A stretch of DNA of 64,000 bases from positions 77,899-141,898 of the forward strand of contig DASZAY010000012.1 in NCBI GenBank assembly GCA_035944555.1. The letters run 5' to 3'. The stretch's first letter is position 1. Each line of letters opens with the position of its first letter. This document shows positions 63,344 to 64,000 of the stretch, piece by piece. Under the pieces are notes generated by a model that was given only the letters and a program-made list of their open reading frames with translations, was not told the DNA's origin and made no database searches. Source of the stretch: Thermomicrobiales bacterium (lineage in GTDB: Bacteria; Chloroflexota; Chloroflexia; Thermomicrobiales; UBA6265). A program made the position numbers and the translations under genes.

Positions 63344-64000
63344 TCAGGCCATGTGGACCGGCTGCGACCCCTCGACCGGCGGCTGGGGACGCCCGGAGCG
63401 GAGGATCAGGGCGGTGAGAATGGCCCCGACCAGGAACAGGCCGGCCGACCACCAGTAGGCCGCGGAGTAGCTCTCGATCGACGCCTGGGCGATGGCCTCG
63501 GGGGTCGCCGCCCGGGTCGCGAGGTAGTCGGTGGCGGCCGTCGCGGCGATGGTGCTGAGCAGGGCCGTTCCGATCGAGCCACCGACCTGCTGGACAGTGT
63601 TCAGGAAGGCCGAACCAGCTCCGGCGTCGTCCGGGTCGACTCCGAGCGTGCCGACGCTCGTCGCCGTCGCGAAGATCAGGCCCATACCAACGCCCATCAC
63701 CAGCAGCGCCGGGAGGATGTCGACGGCGTAGGTACTACCCAGGTCCATCCGCGTCAGGTAGAGCAGCCCGAGGGCAGCCATCACCATGCCAGCCGGGATG
63801 AGCGGCCGGGCACCGACCCGGTAGACGAGGACGATCGAGGCCAGCGTGGCCGAGGTCATGATCGCGCCGACCATCGGCAGGAACGCGAGACCCGTCCGGA
63901 TCGGCGAGTAGCCGAGGCTCATCTGGAGGTAGTAGGTCAGGAACAGGAAGACACCGAACATGCCCGCGCCGGAGACCAGCAGGGCCAGCATGGAGCCGCC
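63344..64000 (-). CDS. MFS drug:H+ antiporter (EmrB/QacA, DHA2-like), C-terminal part; gene continues beyond the window end
   Basis: Contains FLFLTYYLQMSLGYSPIRTGLAFLPMV and the following TM segments typical of 14-TM DHA2 transporters. The frame stays open to position 64000. A TetR gene lies immediately downstream. Confidence 0.85.
   Translation of the reverse strand, partial: GGSMLALLVSGAGMFGVFLFLTYYLQMSLGYSPIRTGLAFLPMVGAIMTSATLASIVLVYRVGARPLIPAGMVMAALGLLYLTRMDLGSTYAVDILPALLVMGVGMGLIFATATSVGTLGVDPDDAGAGSAFLNTVQQVGGSIGTALLSTIAATAATDYLATRAATPEAIAQASIESYSAAYWWSAGLFLVGAILTALILRSGRPQPPVEGSQPVHMA

Overview
This is a 64 kb, very GC-rich window (roughly two-thirds G+C by eye). It is gene-dense and looks chromosomal.

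I found no rRNA, tRNA, CRISPR array, transposase, integrase or prophage signature. About 55 protein genes can be supported.

Housekeeping genes:
- folC, hemA-hemL, ppc, pyk, glpD, glpK plus a divergent TIM-family isomerase, and rpsP-KH-rimM.

Other gene sets:
- An ECF sigma / anti-sigma pair.
- A GT2 plus flippase-like pair.
- A four-gene osmoprotectant (Opu-type) ABC transporter.
- A MacB/FtsX-type ABC pair.
- A CUT1-type sugar ABC operon followed by SDR, SAM-methyltransferase and SelA-like PLP enzyme genes.
- Secreted peptidases (an S33-like alpha/beta hydrolase and an M28 peptidase), TauE/DUF1634, a TetR regulator plus an EmrB-type MFS transporter, and several low-complexity membrane proteins.

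The most interesting locus is at 57.3-62.5 kb. A clear cobalamin riboswitch with a terminator-type expression platform precedes four translationally coupled genes:
- a secreted prenyltransferase/terpene-cyclase-like alpha-toroid repeat protein;
- a membrane-anchored DUF4430-like protein;
- an extended EcfT/CbiQ;
- a fused double EcfA ATPase.

No recognisable S component is present. I interpret this as a riboswitch-controlled corrinoid capture and uptake module with a split transcobalamin-like binding pair.

Other points worth a second look:
- Three frame-disrupted genes: a nucleoside 2-deoxyribosyltransferase, a DUF1345 gene, and an RTX-like repeat protein.
- Two genes (hemA and an MFS transporter) whose conserved N-termini extend upstream of any ATG/GTG/TTG.
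- A roughly 550 nt promoter-to-hairpin leader in front of rpsP.
- A recurrent (Q/R)(D/E)A(T/S)P linker motif directly after the signal peptides of unrelated exported proteins, with in-frame tandem DNA repeats.
- A roughly 80-90 aa low-complexity insertion in GlpD.
- Unusually long perfect hairpins without U-tracts at gene ends.

Long ORFs antisense to real genes are frequent, as expected at this GC content, and I rejected them.

All calls come from reading the sequence and the supplied translations. No database search or computation was run. Hairpin and motif coordinates were indexed by hand and may be off by 1-2 nt. The lineage guess (Chloroflexota/Thermomicrobia-like or another high-GC phylum) is inference only.
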